A stretch of DNA of 49,021 nt from Spongiibacteraceae bacterium (GTDB lineage: Bacteria > Pseudomonadota > Gammaproteobacteria > Pseudomonadales > CAMLJR01), in NCBI GenBank assembly GCA_034004805.1, contig JAVEVZ010000001.1, forward strand, positions 1 to 49,021. Reading direction: 5' to 3'. Under the pieces are notes generated by a model, which saw nothing but the letters and a program-made list of their open reading frames with translations, did not search any database and had not been told where the DNA came from. This document shows, in pieces, positions 31,623 through 39,678 of the stretch. The position numbers were made by a program, and so were the translations under genes. The first letter of the stretch is position 1; each line of letters begins with the position of its first letter.

Positions 31623-32468
31623 ATGGAAGGCCTGGCCATCGTCGCAACCTTCGCGGTACTGGTTGCCGTTACCATCGGGATGGGGGTAAGAATTGTTCCC
31701 CAGGGTTCAAAACATATTGTGCAGCGCCTGGGTAAATACCACGGAACGCTCAATCCCGGCCTCAATATCATCATTCCCTATGTCGACACGGTGCCCTACC
31801 AGGTCACCACCAAGGACATCGTGCTGGATATCCCCTCACAGGACGTGATTACCGAGGACAACGCGGTGATCATTGCCAACGCGGTGGCCTACATCAATAT
31901 TGTCTCGCCGGAAAAAGCCGTCTACGGCGTCGAGGACTACATCGTCGCAATCCGCAACCTGGTGCAGACCGCGCTGCGCTCCATCATCGGCGAGATGAGT
32001 CTCGACGCGGCCCTGTCCTCCCGCGATCAGATCAAGGCCAAGCTCAAGGCCGCGATCTCCGACGATATTTCCGACTGGGGCATTACCCTCAAGACCGTGG
32101 AAATTCAGGACATCAACCCGTCGCCCACCATGCAGCGCGCCATGGAAGAGCAGGCCGCCGCCGAGCGCTTGCGCCGGGCGGCCGTGACCAAGGCCGAGGG
32201 CGACAAGCAGGCCGCCATCCTAGAGGCCGAGGGCCGGCTCGAGGCATCAAAGCGGGATGCCCAGGCCCAGGTCGTGCTGGCGCGCGCCAGCCGCGAAGCG
32301 ATACAGCAGATATCCGAGGGCATCCGCGGCGAAGAACTGCCCGCGATGTTCCTGTTGGGCGAGCGCTATGTGGATGCCATGAAGGATGTGGCCCTGTCGG
32401 CCAACACCAAGACGCTGATATTCCCCGCCGACCTGCCCGAGGCGGTCAAGGGCATACTCAGCAAATAG
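31623..32468 (+). CDS. SPFH/band-7 (stomatin/QmcA-like) protein
   Basis: N-terminal TM helix, VPQGSKHIVQRLGKYHGTLNPGLNIIIPYVD, then an Ala/Glu-rich coiled coil. Confidence 0.9.
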   Translation: MEGLAIVATFAVLVAVTIGMGVRIVPQGSKHIVQRLGKYHGTLNPGLNIIIPYVDTVPYQVTTKDIVLDIPSQDVITEDNAVIIANAVAYINIVSPEKAVYGVEDYIVAIRNLVQTALRSIIGEMSLDAALSSRDQIKAKLKAAISDDISDWGITLKTVEIQDINPSPTMQRAMEEQAAAERLRRAAVTKAEGDKQAAILEAEGRLEASKRDAQAQVVLARASREAIQQISEGIRGEELPAMFLLGERYVDAMKDVALSANTKTLIFPADLPEAVKGILSK

Positions 32469-32534
32469 CCAATCGCGACGATAGGACGATAGACAGGAGC
32501 CGCCAGACAGTGCGGGAGAATGCAGGGGCAGCGC

Positions 32535-32903
32535 TCAGTATCGCCCGGCGCGCTTGCGGCCGGTCTGCGTGCTCCGGCGCGGCCCGAGTAACCGGGACCG
32601 GCTGGCCTTGTCGCTCCCCCTGCCGTTGTCGCAGCTTTTGCCATCGCAGCCCTCGACGGCGGCTGAAGTGTGTCCCGGCGCTGGCGCCGCGAAGGTTTTC
32701 CGCTTCCGGCCCCCGCCTTGCGGTTCTCCGCCCGGCGCGCCAAGTCGCGTCAATAATTCCCGCTCGCGATACAGTTGACGGTAGCGGCGCATGGCCGCCG
32801 GGTTGTGCGCCAGAAACAGCGCCACCCTCAGCCACTCGTCATCCGCAAGTTCGTCATCGACCAGTGCCTGTATTGCTAAATCGTCCACTTTGAGCGAACA
32901 CAT
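32535..32903 (-). CDS. possible small anti-sigma-factor-like protein
   Basis: From the ATG at 32903, MCSLKVDDLAIQALVDDELADDEWLRVALFLAHNPAAMRRYRQLYRERELL resembles the N-terminal sigma-binding helix pattern of anti-sigma factors (xxLxAYVDGELxxxE...P). The C-terminal half is basic, low-complexity and has no TM helix. Weak call. Confidence 0.35.
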   Translation of the reverse strand: MCSLKVDDLAIQALVDDELADDEWLRVALFLAHNPAAMRRYRQLYRERELLTRLGAPGGEPQGGGRKRKTFAAPAPGHTSAAVEGCDGKSCDNGRGSDKASRSRLLGPRRSTQTGRKRAGRY

Positions 32904-33044
32904 AGGCAGTTCCACAACCCGCGATTTATTACTGTCAGCTATCAGAATCTGTGACCGCGTGGTCAGTTCGGCGCTAACAAAGGCGTTGGTATAACAATGC
33001 AGCACGGTCGCGTTTTGTTCCCTGATTGCTGCCTTGCGGTAGCG

Positions 33045-33069
33045 GGAACCGCAACGCCGCCACTGCGTT
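33045..33069 (+). promoter_or_regulatory. ECF-type promoter P2 (GGAAC-N16-CGTT)
   Basis: GGAAC CGCAACGCCGCCACTG CGTT. The -10 element ends 36 nt before the DUF1328 ATG. Confidence 0.75.
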
Positions 33070-33105
33070 AGTTCAGCCGACACGGTAAATTAAAGGAGAA
33101 TCGCG

Positions 33106-33282
33106 ATGTTATATTGGGCGCTGGTCTTTCTGGTCGTGGCCTTGATTGCAGGGGTGCTGGGTTTCGGTGGCATAGCGGCGGCTTCCGCGGGCATAGCAAA
33201 GATACTGTTCTTTCTGTTCTTTGTTCTGTTTGTTATTGCCGCGATTATGCATGCACTGCGCGGTAAATCCCCTCCCATGTGA
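33106..33282 (+). CDS. DUF1328 (YtjA/UPF0391) small membrane protein; absent from the ORF track because under 60 aa
   Basis: [58 protein letters not shown] (58 aa) matches the DUF1328 signature. AAAGGAGA sits 7 nt upstream. Confidence 0.85.
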   Translation: MLYWALVFLVVALIAGVLGFGGIAAASAGIAKILFFLFFVLFVIAAIMHALRGKSPPM

Positions 33283-33458
33283 CCGCCGCCGGTTCGTGGT
33301 CGTCGGTCGCCGGCTGCCCTGGCGCTCGCTTTTGCAGGCGTCGGGGTATTACAGTTGCGCTGGTGACTGGATGTGTGACCAGGAAGGCATTCGCGGCCGA
33401 CGCGACCGACCCGGTCTGCCAGCCTGGCATGCCGCCAGTCTGGTCTTAAGGGATGACC

Positions 33459-35690
33459 ATGAACGGCGTATTTATCCGCAACTACGTATTCTTCGGCGTT
33501 ATGCTGCTGTGCTGTGTTGGCACGCTGGGCTATTTTCTGGTGTCCGGCAACAATGAACTGCAGCGCAACGCCGCGCTTGTAAACCGTACCCATGCAACGA
33601 TTGCCGAGGTCGAAAAGGTCGCGGGCCTGGTCGAAGGCATGGTGGCGGCGGAGCGCGGTTACATCATCTCCGCGCAGGAGAGTTCCCTCAAAGTCTATGA
33701 GGCCAAGAAGGCCAGCGTCTCCGAGAGCATCGCGGTGCTCAGCGAGCTGACCGCGGACAGTCAGGCGCAGCGCAGCCGACTGGACGAACTGAGAAATTAT
33801 TTCGTGCGCCTGAGCAGCGAGCTCGAAGCCCGCAGCGCCGCGGTGCAGCCCGGCCTTCCCTACCTGCCGCTGGACGGCGTGGAGACCATCAACGGTATCC
33901 GCGACAACATTACCCGCATCTCCGGCGCCATGCTGGGCGAAGCCCGTGAGTCACTGCGCACCCGCGCCGTGGCACTGGAATGGCAGCGGGCCCGCTACCT
34001 CGATGCGCTGCTGATCGGCATTATTGCAGGTACGGCGCTACTGCTGATCCTGAATGGCTTCCTGCTCAGAGCGCAGCAGAAGCGCAGCTCTGTCGAAGCC
34101 AGCCTGAAGGATGCCGAAACGCGGTTCGCGCTGGCGATTGAAGGCACTCAGGACGGCATCTTCGACTGGGATATCACTACCAACCAGGTGTTTTATTCGC
34201 GTCGTTTTTACCAGATGCTGGGGTATGAGAAGGACGCGTTTTACGGAACTATCAAGGACCTCACCGACGCGGTACACCCCGACGACGTAGAGCGGGTGTG
34301 GTCCACGATAGAGCGGTATCTGGAAGGGGAGACCGCTGAATACGCCCAGGATTTCCGCATGCGACACAGTTCGGGGCGCTGGGTGTGGGTGCAGTCGCGC
34401 GGCAAGGCGATTTTTGATCACAACGGCAGGCCTGTGCGCATGGTGGGCGCCCACAGCGACATCTCTGAAACGATCCGTACCCAGGAGCGCCTGCTGGGAG
34501 AGAAGCAGCGCGCCGAGGAGTACAGTCAGGCAAAAACCGAGTTCCTTGCGCACATGAGCCACGAAATACGTACCCCGTTGACGGCCATCAGCGGAATCGC
34601 CGAGATACTCAACAAAAAGATATCGGAGATTGACCCGCGCCATCATCGCCTGCTGTCCACTCTGCTGACCAGTTCCACGTCCCTTAAGGACCTGGTCAAC
34701 GATGTGCTGGACTTCTCCAAGATTGAAAGTGGTGATATCGAACTGAGTGAAGAGATGTTCCGGCTGGATATCATGCTGGAGGAAGTGGTCAGCATGATGG
34801 CGCTCAAGGCCAACGAGAAAGGGATTAATTTTCTCTGTGACTTCAAGGTCGCCGCAGGCAGGGAACTGCTGGGCGATCGAGGCCGTATCCGCCAGATCGT
34901 GGTCAATCTGATCGGCAACGCCATCAAGTTTACCGACAGCGGCGGCGTCTCGGTTCACGTCGATATTGAAGAGCGCGACCAGCAGACGTTTTTGCGCGCG
35001 GACGTAACAGACACCGGTATTGGAATTGCCGCTGAAGATTTCGATCTGGTTTTTGAGCGTTTCAAGCAGGCCGACTCATCCGTGTCGCGCCGCTATGGCG
35101 GCACAGGCCTGGGGTTGTCGATCTCACGCAACCTGGCGCGCATTATGGGCGGGGACATCTTCGTCAGCAGCACCCTGGGGGTCGGATCCACATTCTCGCT
35201 GGTGTTGCCCGCGCATCTCATGCCGGTCGAGGATGCGCGCGATACCTCTGATCAGGTGGTGGAAGCACTGAGTGGCCAGATCCGGCAGACCCTGTCCAGA
35301 TGGACCCCCGAGCGCGGCCGTATTCTGGTGGTGGATGATTATGAGGGCAATATTGTGGTGCTCGGCTGTCTGCTGGATGAGCTGGGGGCCGATTACGATG
35401 TTGCGCGCTCCGGCGTTGAAGCGCTGAAAAAATGGCAGGAGGCGCCATACCGCCTGATCCTGATGGATATCCAGATGCCCGAGATGGATGGCTACACCAC
35501 CGTGGCGGAGATCCGTCGCGAGGAGGCGATGAGCGGGCGTCCGCGTACGGCGATTGTAGGCATGACGGCCCATGCTCTGGCCGGTGACGGTGAGCGCTGT
35601 CTGGAGGTGGGCATGGATGACTACCTGCCGAAGCCATTGGTTGAGGCGGACTTTAAGCGGGTGCTGTTGCGGCTGCTGGTGGAAAATTAG
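33459..35690 (+). CDS. hybrid sensor histidine kinase (CHASE3-PAS-HisKA-HATPase-REC)
   Basis: TM helix plus a CHASE3-like periplasmic/coiled region, a PAS domain ([19 protein letters not shown]), H-box [11 protein letters not shown]-boxes ([15 protein letters not shown]) and a C-terminal receiver ([13 protein letters not shown]). The ATG at 33459 has better SD spacing than 33453. Confidence 0.9.
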   Translation: MNGVFIRNYVFFGVMLLCCVGTLGYFLVSGNNELQRNAALVNRTHATIAEVEKVAGLVEGMVAAERGYIISAQESSLKVYEAKKASVSESIAVLSELTADSQAQRSRLDELRNYFVRLSSELEARSAAVQPGLPYLPLDGVETINGIRDNITRISGAMLGEARESLRTRAVALEWQRARYLDALLIGIIAGTALLLILNGFLLRAQQKRSSVEASLKDAETRFALAIEGTQDGIFDWDITTNQVFYSRRFYQMLGYEKDAFYGTIKDLTDAVHPDDVERVWSTIERYLEGETAEYAQDFRMRHSSGRWVWVQSRGKAIFDHNGRPVRMVGAHSDISETIRTQERLLGEKQRAEEYSQAKTEFLAHMSHEIRTPLTAISGIAEILNKKISEIDPRHHRLLSTLLTSSTSLKDLVNDVLDFSKIESGDIELSEEMFRLDIMLEEVVSMMALKANEKGINFLCDFKVAAGRELLGDRGRIRQIVVNLIGNAIKFTDSGGVSVHVDIEERDQQTFLRADVTDTGIGIAAEDFDLVFERFKQADSSVSRRYGGTGLGLSISRNLARIMGGDIFVSSTLGVGSTFSLVLPAHLMPVEDARDTSDQVVEALSGQIRQTLSRWTPERGRILVVDDYEGNIVVLGCLLDELGADYDVARSGVEALKKWQEAPYRLILMDIQMPEMDGYTTVAEIRREEAMSGRPRTAIVGMTAHALAGDGERCLEVGMDDYLPKPLVEADFKRVLLRLLVEN

Positions 35691-35855
35691 GTCAGCTCTG
35701 GAGACCTGCTGCGCTGGATATCTGAGGCGTAGCGGTGCGCGGAATGTGCATTGATACCCTGATAAATCCCGCCTCCTGCGCGCCGCGTCGCCTGTCTTCC
35801 CCCGCTATTTTTTTCAGAGGTTCCCAGGGTCCTGAAAAGGCGGCTGGATATTTCT

Positions 35856-35880
35856 GGAACTGTTAGAGACCTGTTCCGTC
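35856..35880 (+). promoter_or_regulatory. ECF-type promoter P3 (GGAAC-N16-CGTC)
   Basis: GGAAC TGTTAGAGACCTGTTC CGTC. The -10 element ends 35 nt before the ATG at 35916. Confidence 0.65.
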
Positions 35881-35915
35881 AGTGGCATTGAAGCAGATGG
35901 GACTTGGAGTAGATC

Positions 35916-36107
35916 ATGAGCAATAGAGCACTGCTGACGATGCTCGCGATTCTTGTGGTAGGTACCCTGACAGTCATTGGCGTTCTGGTCCGCAGTGATC
36001 GGGCATGGGAGCTGGCCGATAGCGAGAGCCGGGAGGTGGCGGCAGAAGCGCTAACCACCGCGCAAGCGCCGCTTGCCGCGCCCGGCGAGTCTGCCGCCGG
36101 CCATTAA
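35916..36107 (+). CDS. small single-pass membrane protein (63 aa)
   Basis: N-terminal TM helix LLTMLAILVVGTLTVIGVLV, GGAG SD and an ECF-type promoter upstream. No family recognised. Confidence 0.5.
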   Translation: MSNRALLTMLAILVVGTLTVIGVLVRSDRAWELADSESREVAAEALTTAQAPLAAPGESAAGH

Positions 36108-36159
36108 GGCCGTGAAAAAAACCAGGCCGTGAAAAAAACCGAGCCGTGGAAAAACCACG
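36108..36159. repeat. three tandem 17-18 bp repeats (GCCGTGAAAAAAACC-type)
   Basis: GGCCGTGAAAAAAACCA / GGCCGTGAAAAAAACCGA / GCCGTGGAAAAACCACG, starting right after the stop codon of the small ORF, between convergent genes. The third unit can fold as CGTGG-AAAAA-CCACG. Confidence 0.8.
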
Positions 36160-36237
36160 CGGATGGCGCGACCACTTCAACCTCTCATTGCCTTCCGCAT
36201 TGCTGTGCGCTTCTCTGCGGCCCATGCTGTTGCAGCG

Positions 36238-36804
36238 CTATGCGCGGGCATTGGTCATGCCTGCCGCACTGCGATTGGCGGCCCGTTGATGCAGGCCGGC
36301 GAGCGTTGCCGTGGAGATCGATACCTGCGCTGTGTTCATGGCTGCATGCAGACTCTCCCTGGCTCTGGACAAACGCGAGCGCACCGTGCCGACAGGAATC
36401 GCCAGCAGCTCAGAGACCTCCGCGTAGCGCATGCCGTTGATGCCGATCAGAGTCAGGATTTCGCGGTGGTCGGCACTCAGTCTCTGCATGGCGGCCAGTG
36501 CGTTAGCCAGCTCCGCGCTGGGCTCTTGATCCGGTTCAGAGATCTCCCGCGCGATATACCAATCCGGGTCGTACTGGGTCTCATAGCGCGCCTTCTTGCG
36601 GTAGTTAGAGACGAACTGGTTGAACATGATCTTGGCCGTCCAGCTGAAGAGGCTGGAGTCCGCCTGGAACTGCTGGCGTTTCTCTATGGCCTTGAGCAGC
36701 GTGTTCTGCAGCAGGTCGTCAGCGTCACTGGCATTCCGCGTCAGCTTGTGCGCGAAGCGCTGCAGCTTCTTGCTTTCATCAATCAGATCGCTATCCGTAA
36801 ACAT
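36238..36804 (-). CDS. ECF (group 4 sigma-70) RNA polymerase sigma factor
   Basis: Region 2 (DADDLLQNTLLKAIEKRQQF, SLFSWTAKIMFNQFVSNYRK) and region 4 (LSADHREILTLIGINGMRYAEVSELLAIPVGTVRSRLSRARESL). The ATG at 36804 is preceded by GGAGAAG. The alternative upstream ATG at 36831 lacks an SD. Confidence 0.9.
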   Translation of the reverse strand: MFTDSDLIDESKKLQRFAHKLTRNASDADDLLQNTLLKAIEKRQQFQADSSLFSWTAKIMFNQFVSNYRKKARYETQYDPDWYIAREISEPDQEPSAELANALAAMQRLSADHREILTLIGINGMRYAEVSELLAIPVGTVRSRLSRARESLHAAMNTAQVSISTATLAGLHQRAANRSAAGMTNARA

Positions 36805-36872
36805 GGCGTCTTCTCCGTTGTCGTTTGGCATCAGACTACGGAGGAGCCGTAACAGGGGCTTGTCGCTACTGT

Positions 36873-36896
36873 AACGGTATTGAAAATCTTTGTTTC
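36873..36896 (-). promoter_or_regulatory. weak candidate autoregulatory ECF-type promoter of the sigma gene
   Basis: The minus strand reads GAAAC-N15-CGTT, with one -35 mismatch and a spacer one nt short relative to P1-P4. It lies about 70 nt upstream of the ATG at 36804. Confidence 0.3.
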
Positions 36897-36966
36897 AAAT
36901 TTGTAACAGCCGCTATATATTCTGTCCGCTCAAGGGGTGGGAATTGATCATCGTGGAGCGGGCACC

Positions 36967-37713
36967 GTGCCGAAAGGACTGATACTGAGCATCGAAGATG
37001 ACGAGGGGCTTCAAGTCGTTCTCCAGCACTCCCTGGAAGAAGAAGGGTACCGCGTGCTGTGCGCCGGTACCGTGGAGGCCGCCCTTGAAAACGTCAATCG
37101 CGCAAACCTCAGCGCCATACTTCTGGATCTGACGCTGCCCGACGGCGAGGGGTTGGACCTTATTCCGATGATCCGGGCCAGGACCAGGGCCGCGATTATT
37201 GTGGTGTCCGGCAAGGACAGCGCCACCGAGAAGGTGGTGTGTCTGGAAATGGGCGCGGACGACTATATGACCAAGCCGTTCGAGATGCGCGAACTGCTGG
37301 CGCGCATCAAGGCCGTTCTGCGGCGCGCGGGCCCGTCCGCGATGCCCGAAATGGACCCGGCCAACGATCTCAGATCCGCGGTGCGATTGGCCTTTGCCGG
37401 CGGCTGGAGCCTGGATCGGTCACAGTTCCAGTTGTTCGACCGGGACGGGCGCTCCGCTGGCCTGACTACCGGGGAGTTTCGGCTGCTCGATTCGCTGGTG
37501 ACCGCACCCAATCGCGCCTTGAGTCGCGAGTACCTTCACGAGGTCACCCGCGACGGCCAGTACGATATTTACGACCGCGCCATCGATATTCAAATTGCCC
37601 GATTGCGCCGCAAACTGGGCGATGACACCAAAACTCCCAGCCTGATCAAAACTGTAAGAGGCGTTGGCTACATGTTCTGCGCCGAAGTCAGTATTGTCGA
37701 CACTGTCGAATAA
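36967..37713 (+). CDS. OmpR/PhoB-family response regulator
   Basis: REC domain (ILSIEDDEGLQ, ILLDLTLPDGEG, KPFEMRELLARIKAVLRR) plus a winged-helix domain (LTTGEFRLLDSLV, IDIQIARLRRKL, IKTVRGVGYMF). The GTG at 36967 has GGAG 8 nt upstream. The track start is at 36937. Confidence 0.9.
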   Translation: MPKGLILSIEDDEGLQVVLQHSLEEEGYRVLCAGTVEAALENVNRANLSAILLDLTLPDGEGLDLIPMIRARTRAAIIVVSGKDSATEKVVCLEMGADDYMTKPFEMRELLARIKAVLRRAGPSAMPEMDPANDLRSAVRLAFAGGWSLDRSQFQLFDRDGRSAGLTTGEFRLLDSLVTAPNRALSREYLHEVTRDGQYDIYDRAIDIQIARLRRKLGDDTKTPSLIKTVRGVGYMFCAEVSIVDTVE

Positions 37714-38002
37714 GCGCACCTGCTTGAGCGCCCGGCACCTGCGACGCGCTCGGATCACGCAGGGAGCGCGAAGCCTGCAGGTTCCCACATCGTATGTCGG
37801 GCTCGCGGCGCGGGTTCAATGCGCCCTGCGCGCAGCCACTCCGATCGACCGTTTGAAGCAGGCCGCGCCCGGTCCGGGCGAGGCTTAGCGTTCCTCTCAA
37901 GCAGCACTTCGGCTGCAGTTTTTCTATTGCGGGATCCGCTTTGTAATCGTTGATTTCATCTTCTTATCACGGTGTCGGACAGGCGCTGAACGGTGCGCGG
38001 CT

Positions 38003-38027
38003 GGAACTGATTCACAGCCATTGCGTA
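38003..38027 (+). promoter_or_regulatory. ECF-type promoter P4 (GGAAC-N16-CGTA)
   Basis: GGAAC TGATTCACAGCCATTG CGTA. The -10 element ends 42 nt before the ATG of the BON-domain gene. Confidence 0.7.
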
Positions 38028-38069
38028 GGTGGATCGTCTTGAGTTGATAAGCCAAATGAGGAACCATCC

Positions 38070-38669
38070 ATGAACACCATCAAGCGTTCATTCAGTCATA
38101 TTGCTATTGCCATTGCGGCCACGGGTGCTTTGGCGCTGCCCGCTGTGGTCACCTACGCGGATTCCAACGCAAGTGATTCCACCAGCATGGAGCAAAGCGT
38201 CAAGCAGGGCTGGAAGGAAGGTGTGATCGAAGGCGCGTTTCTGTTCAACACCAATCTCAACCCGCTGGATATCGACGTCGAAGTAAAAGGCTCCACCGCA
38301 ATTCTGACCGGCTATGTCGACACCGATGCGGCGAAGGCGCTGGCGGCGGAAGTGGCTCTCAGTGTCGATGGCATCACTGAGGTCGACAATCAGATCAAGG
38401 TCGACAAGGCGAAATCTGCCAGGGATGACGACGGCATGGATGATCTGAAATCCGATATTTCCGACGCTGCCATTACCACCAAGGTGAAATCCAAGCTGCT
38501 GGCCAACACACAGGTATCCGGGCTGTCAGTCAATGTCGAAACCAAGGATCGCGTGGTAACCCTTAAGGGCGAGGTCGATACCGATACCGAGCGAGATCTG
38601 GTGTATTACATCACGCGCAACACCGATGGCGTGCGTGGCATCAACAACGAGCTTTCAGTCAAGAAGTAA
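38070..38669 (+). CDS. periplasmic BON-domain protein (OsmY-like)
   Basis: Signal peptide, then two BON repeats (IDVEVKGSTAILTGYVDTDAAKALAAEVALSVDGITEVDNQIKV and VNVETKDRVVTLKGEVDTDTERDLVYYITRNTDGVRGINNELSV). Confidence 0.88.
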   Translation: MNTIKRSFSHIAIAIAATGALALPAVVTYADSNASDSTSMEQSVKQGWKEGVIEGAFLFNTNLNPLDIDVEVKGSTAILTGYVDTDAAKALAAEVALSVDGITEVDNQIKVDKAKSARDDDGMDDLKSDISDAAITTKVKSKLLANTQVSGLSVNVETKDRVVTLKGEVDTDTERDLVYYITRNTDGVRGINNELSVKK

Positions 38670-38765
38670 ATGACTGGCGGGTCGGTGCAGGCGGGGCGGG
38701 CGCTTCTGGCTTGCCTGATAAACGTCGCGGTATCCGGCCCGGAAAAGATCGTCAGGAGCAACGTT

Positions 38766-39347
38766 ATGTTTAACAAATACTCTATTTTTGCTGCCGCCAT
38801 CTGCGGTTTCAGCGCGCTGAGCATAACTCCTGCGCAAGCGGATTCCGAGCCGCGCGATGGTTATCGCAGCGGTTTTTACATAGGCGCCAACTACGGCGGA
38901 TTCAAATCACGTGGCGACGAGTTCGATGACGACAATGATTACTACGAAGCGGTGGTCGGTGGAAATATCTCGCCGTACTTTGCCATCGAAGGCAGTTATA
39001 CCGACTTTGGCGACTTTGGCGGCAAACTCGCCTCGGCCGACCTGGACGGCTATGGCATAGCTGTTATTGGCCGTTTGCCGATCACGGATGTGTTTTCGGT
39101 GTATGCAAAAGCCGGCCAGTTCTTCTGGGAGTCCGACGTGGATGTCCTGGGTGCTCGCACTGACGTGGAGGGCGACGAGCCGTTCTTTGCAGCAGGTCTG
39201 GATTTTCTGCTGACTGACCATTTCAGCGTGGCGCTGGAGTACAGTCGGTATAAGTTTGATCTCAGTGATTCCAGCCTGCCAGACGCGCTGGATGACTACG
39301 AGACCGACATCGACACCGTCAAGCTTGGCGCCAAACTGTTGTTTTGA
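38766..39347 (+). CDS. outer-membrane beta-barrel protein (OmpA-N/OmpW-like porin family)
   Basis: Signal peptide MFNKYSIFAAAICGFSALSITPAQA, alternating aromatic/Gly beta-strand pattern and a terminal ...VKLGAKLLF. The ATG at 38766 is preferred over the track start at 38670. Confidence 0.8.
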   Translation: MFNKYSIFAAAICGFSALSITPAQADSEPRDGYRSGFYIGANYGGFKSRGDEFDDDNDYYEAVVGGNISPYFAIEGSYTDFGDFGGKLASADLDGYGIAVIGRLPITDVFSVYAKAGQFFWESDVDVLGARTDVEGDEPFFAAGLDFLLTDHFSVALEYSRYKFDLSDSSLPDALDDYETDIDTVKLGAKLLF

Positions 39348-39410
39348 GCGTCATCCATTGCTTGGTACACGTGACACAGCAACCGATGCAGGCAACACGA
39401 GGATACGATC

Positions 39411-39614
39411 ATGAATAAACACGAATTCAAAGGTAACTGGCAACAGCTCAAGGGCAAAGTCCAGGAGCAGTGGGGCAAACTGACCGGTGATGACCTCACG
39501 CGCATAGATGGTCAGTACGAGCAGCTGGTCGGGATGCTTCAGGAGCGCTATGGCAAGAGCAAGGAAGCGGCGGAAAAAGAGGTCAATCAATACCTGAACC
39601 AGACCCGCCACTGA
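39411..39614 (+). CDS. CsbD-family stress protein
   Basis: MNKHEFKGNWQQLKGKVQEQWGKLTGDDLTRIDGQYEQLVGMLQERYGKSKEAAEKEV is a canonical CsbD/YjbJ signature. Confidence 0.93.
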   Translation: MNKHEFKGNWQQLKGKVQEQWGKLTGDDLTRIDGQYEQLVGMLQERYGKSKEAAEKEVNQYLNQTRH

Positions 39615-39648
39615 TCAGTGGCGGGTCCGCCAACCTCGAGCAACCGGG

Positions 39649-39678
39649 GCCTGCGGCGCGAGCCGCCGCGGGCTTTTT
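39649..39678 (+). terminator. rho-independent terminator after csbD
   Basis: GCCTGCGGCG-CGAG-CCGCCGCGGGC stem (one G-U pair) followed by TTTTT. Confidence 0.75.

Noticed and set aside
33090-33593. 167-aa minus-strand ORF over the DUF1328 locus
   Set aside because: The plus strand encodes a textbook 58-aa DUF1328 protein with an SD and an ECF-type promoter. The minus-strand ORF has no features.
36108-36159. The tandem repeat considered as a mini CRISPR array
   Set aside because: The units are directly adjacent with no spacers, there are only three 17-18 bp copies, and no cas genes are present.
38670-38765. N-terminal extension of the OM beta-barrel ORF starting at 38670
   Set aside because: The extension starts at the base directly after the upstream stop codon (TAA 38667-38669) and precedes a perfect signal peptide beginning at the ATG at 38766. 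The GGAAA..CGTT string just before that ATG is too close to be a promoter.
39604-39625. Perfect 22-nt palindrome CCCGCCACTGATCAGTGGCGGG overlapping the csbD stop codon, considered as a terminator
   Set aside because: No U-tract follows it. The real terminator with TTTTT is at 39649-39678, so this may merely stabilise the mRNA end.
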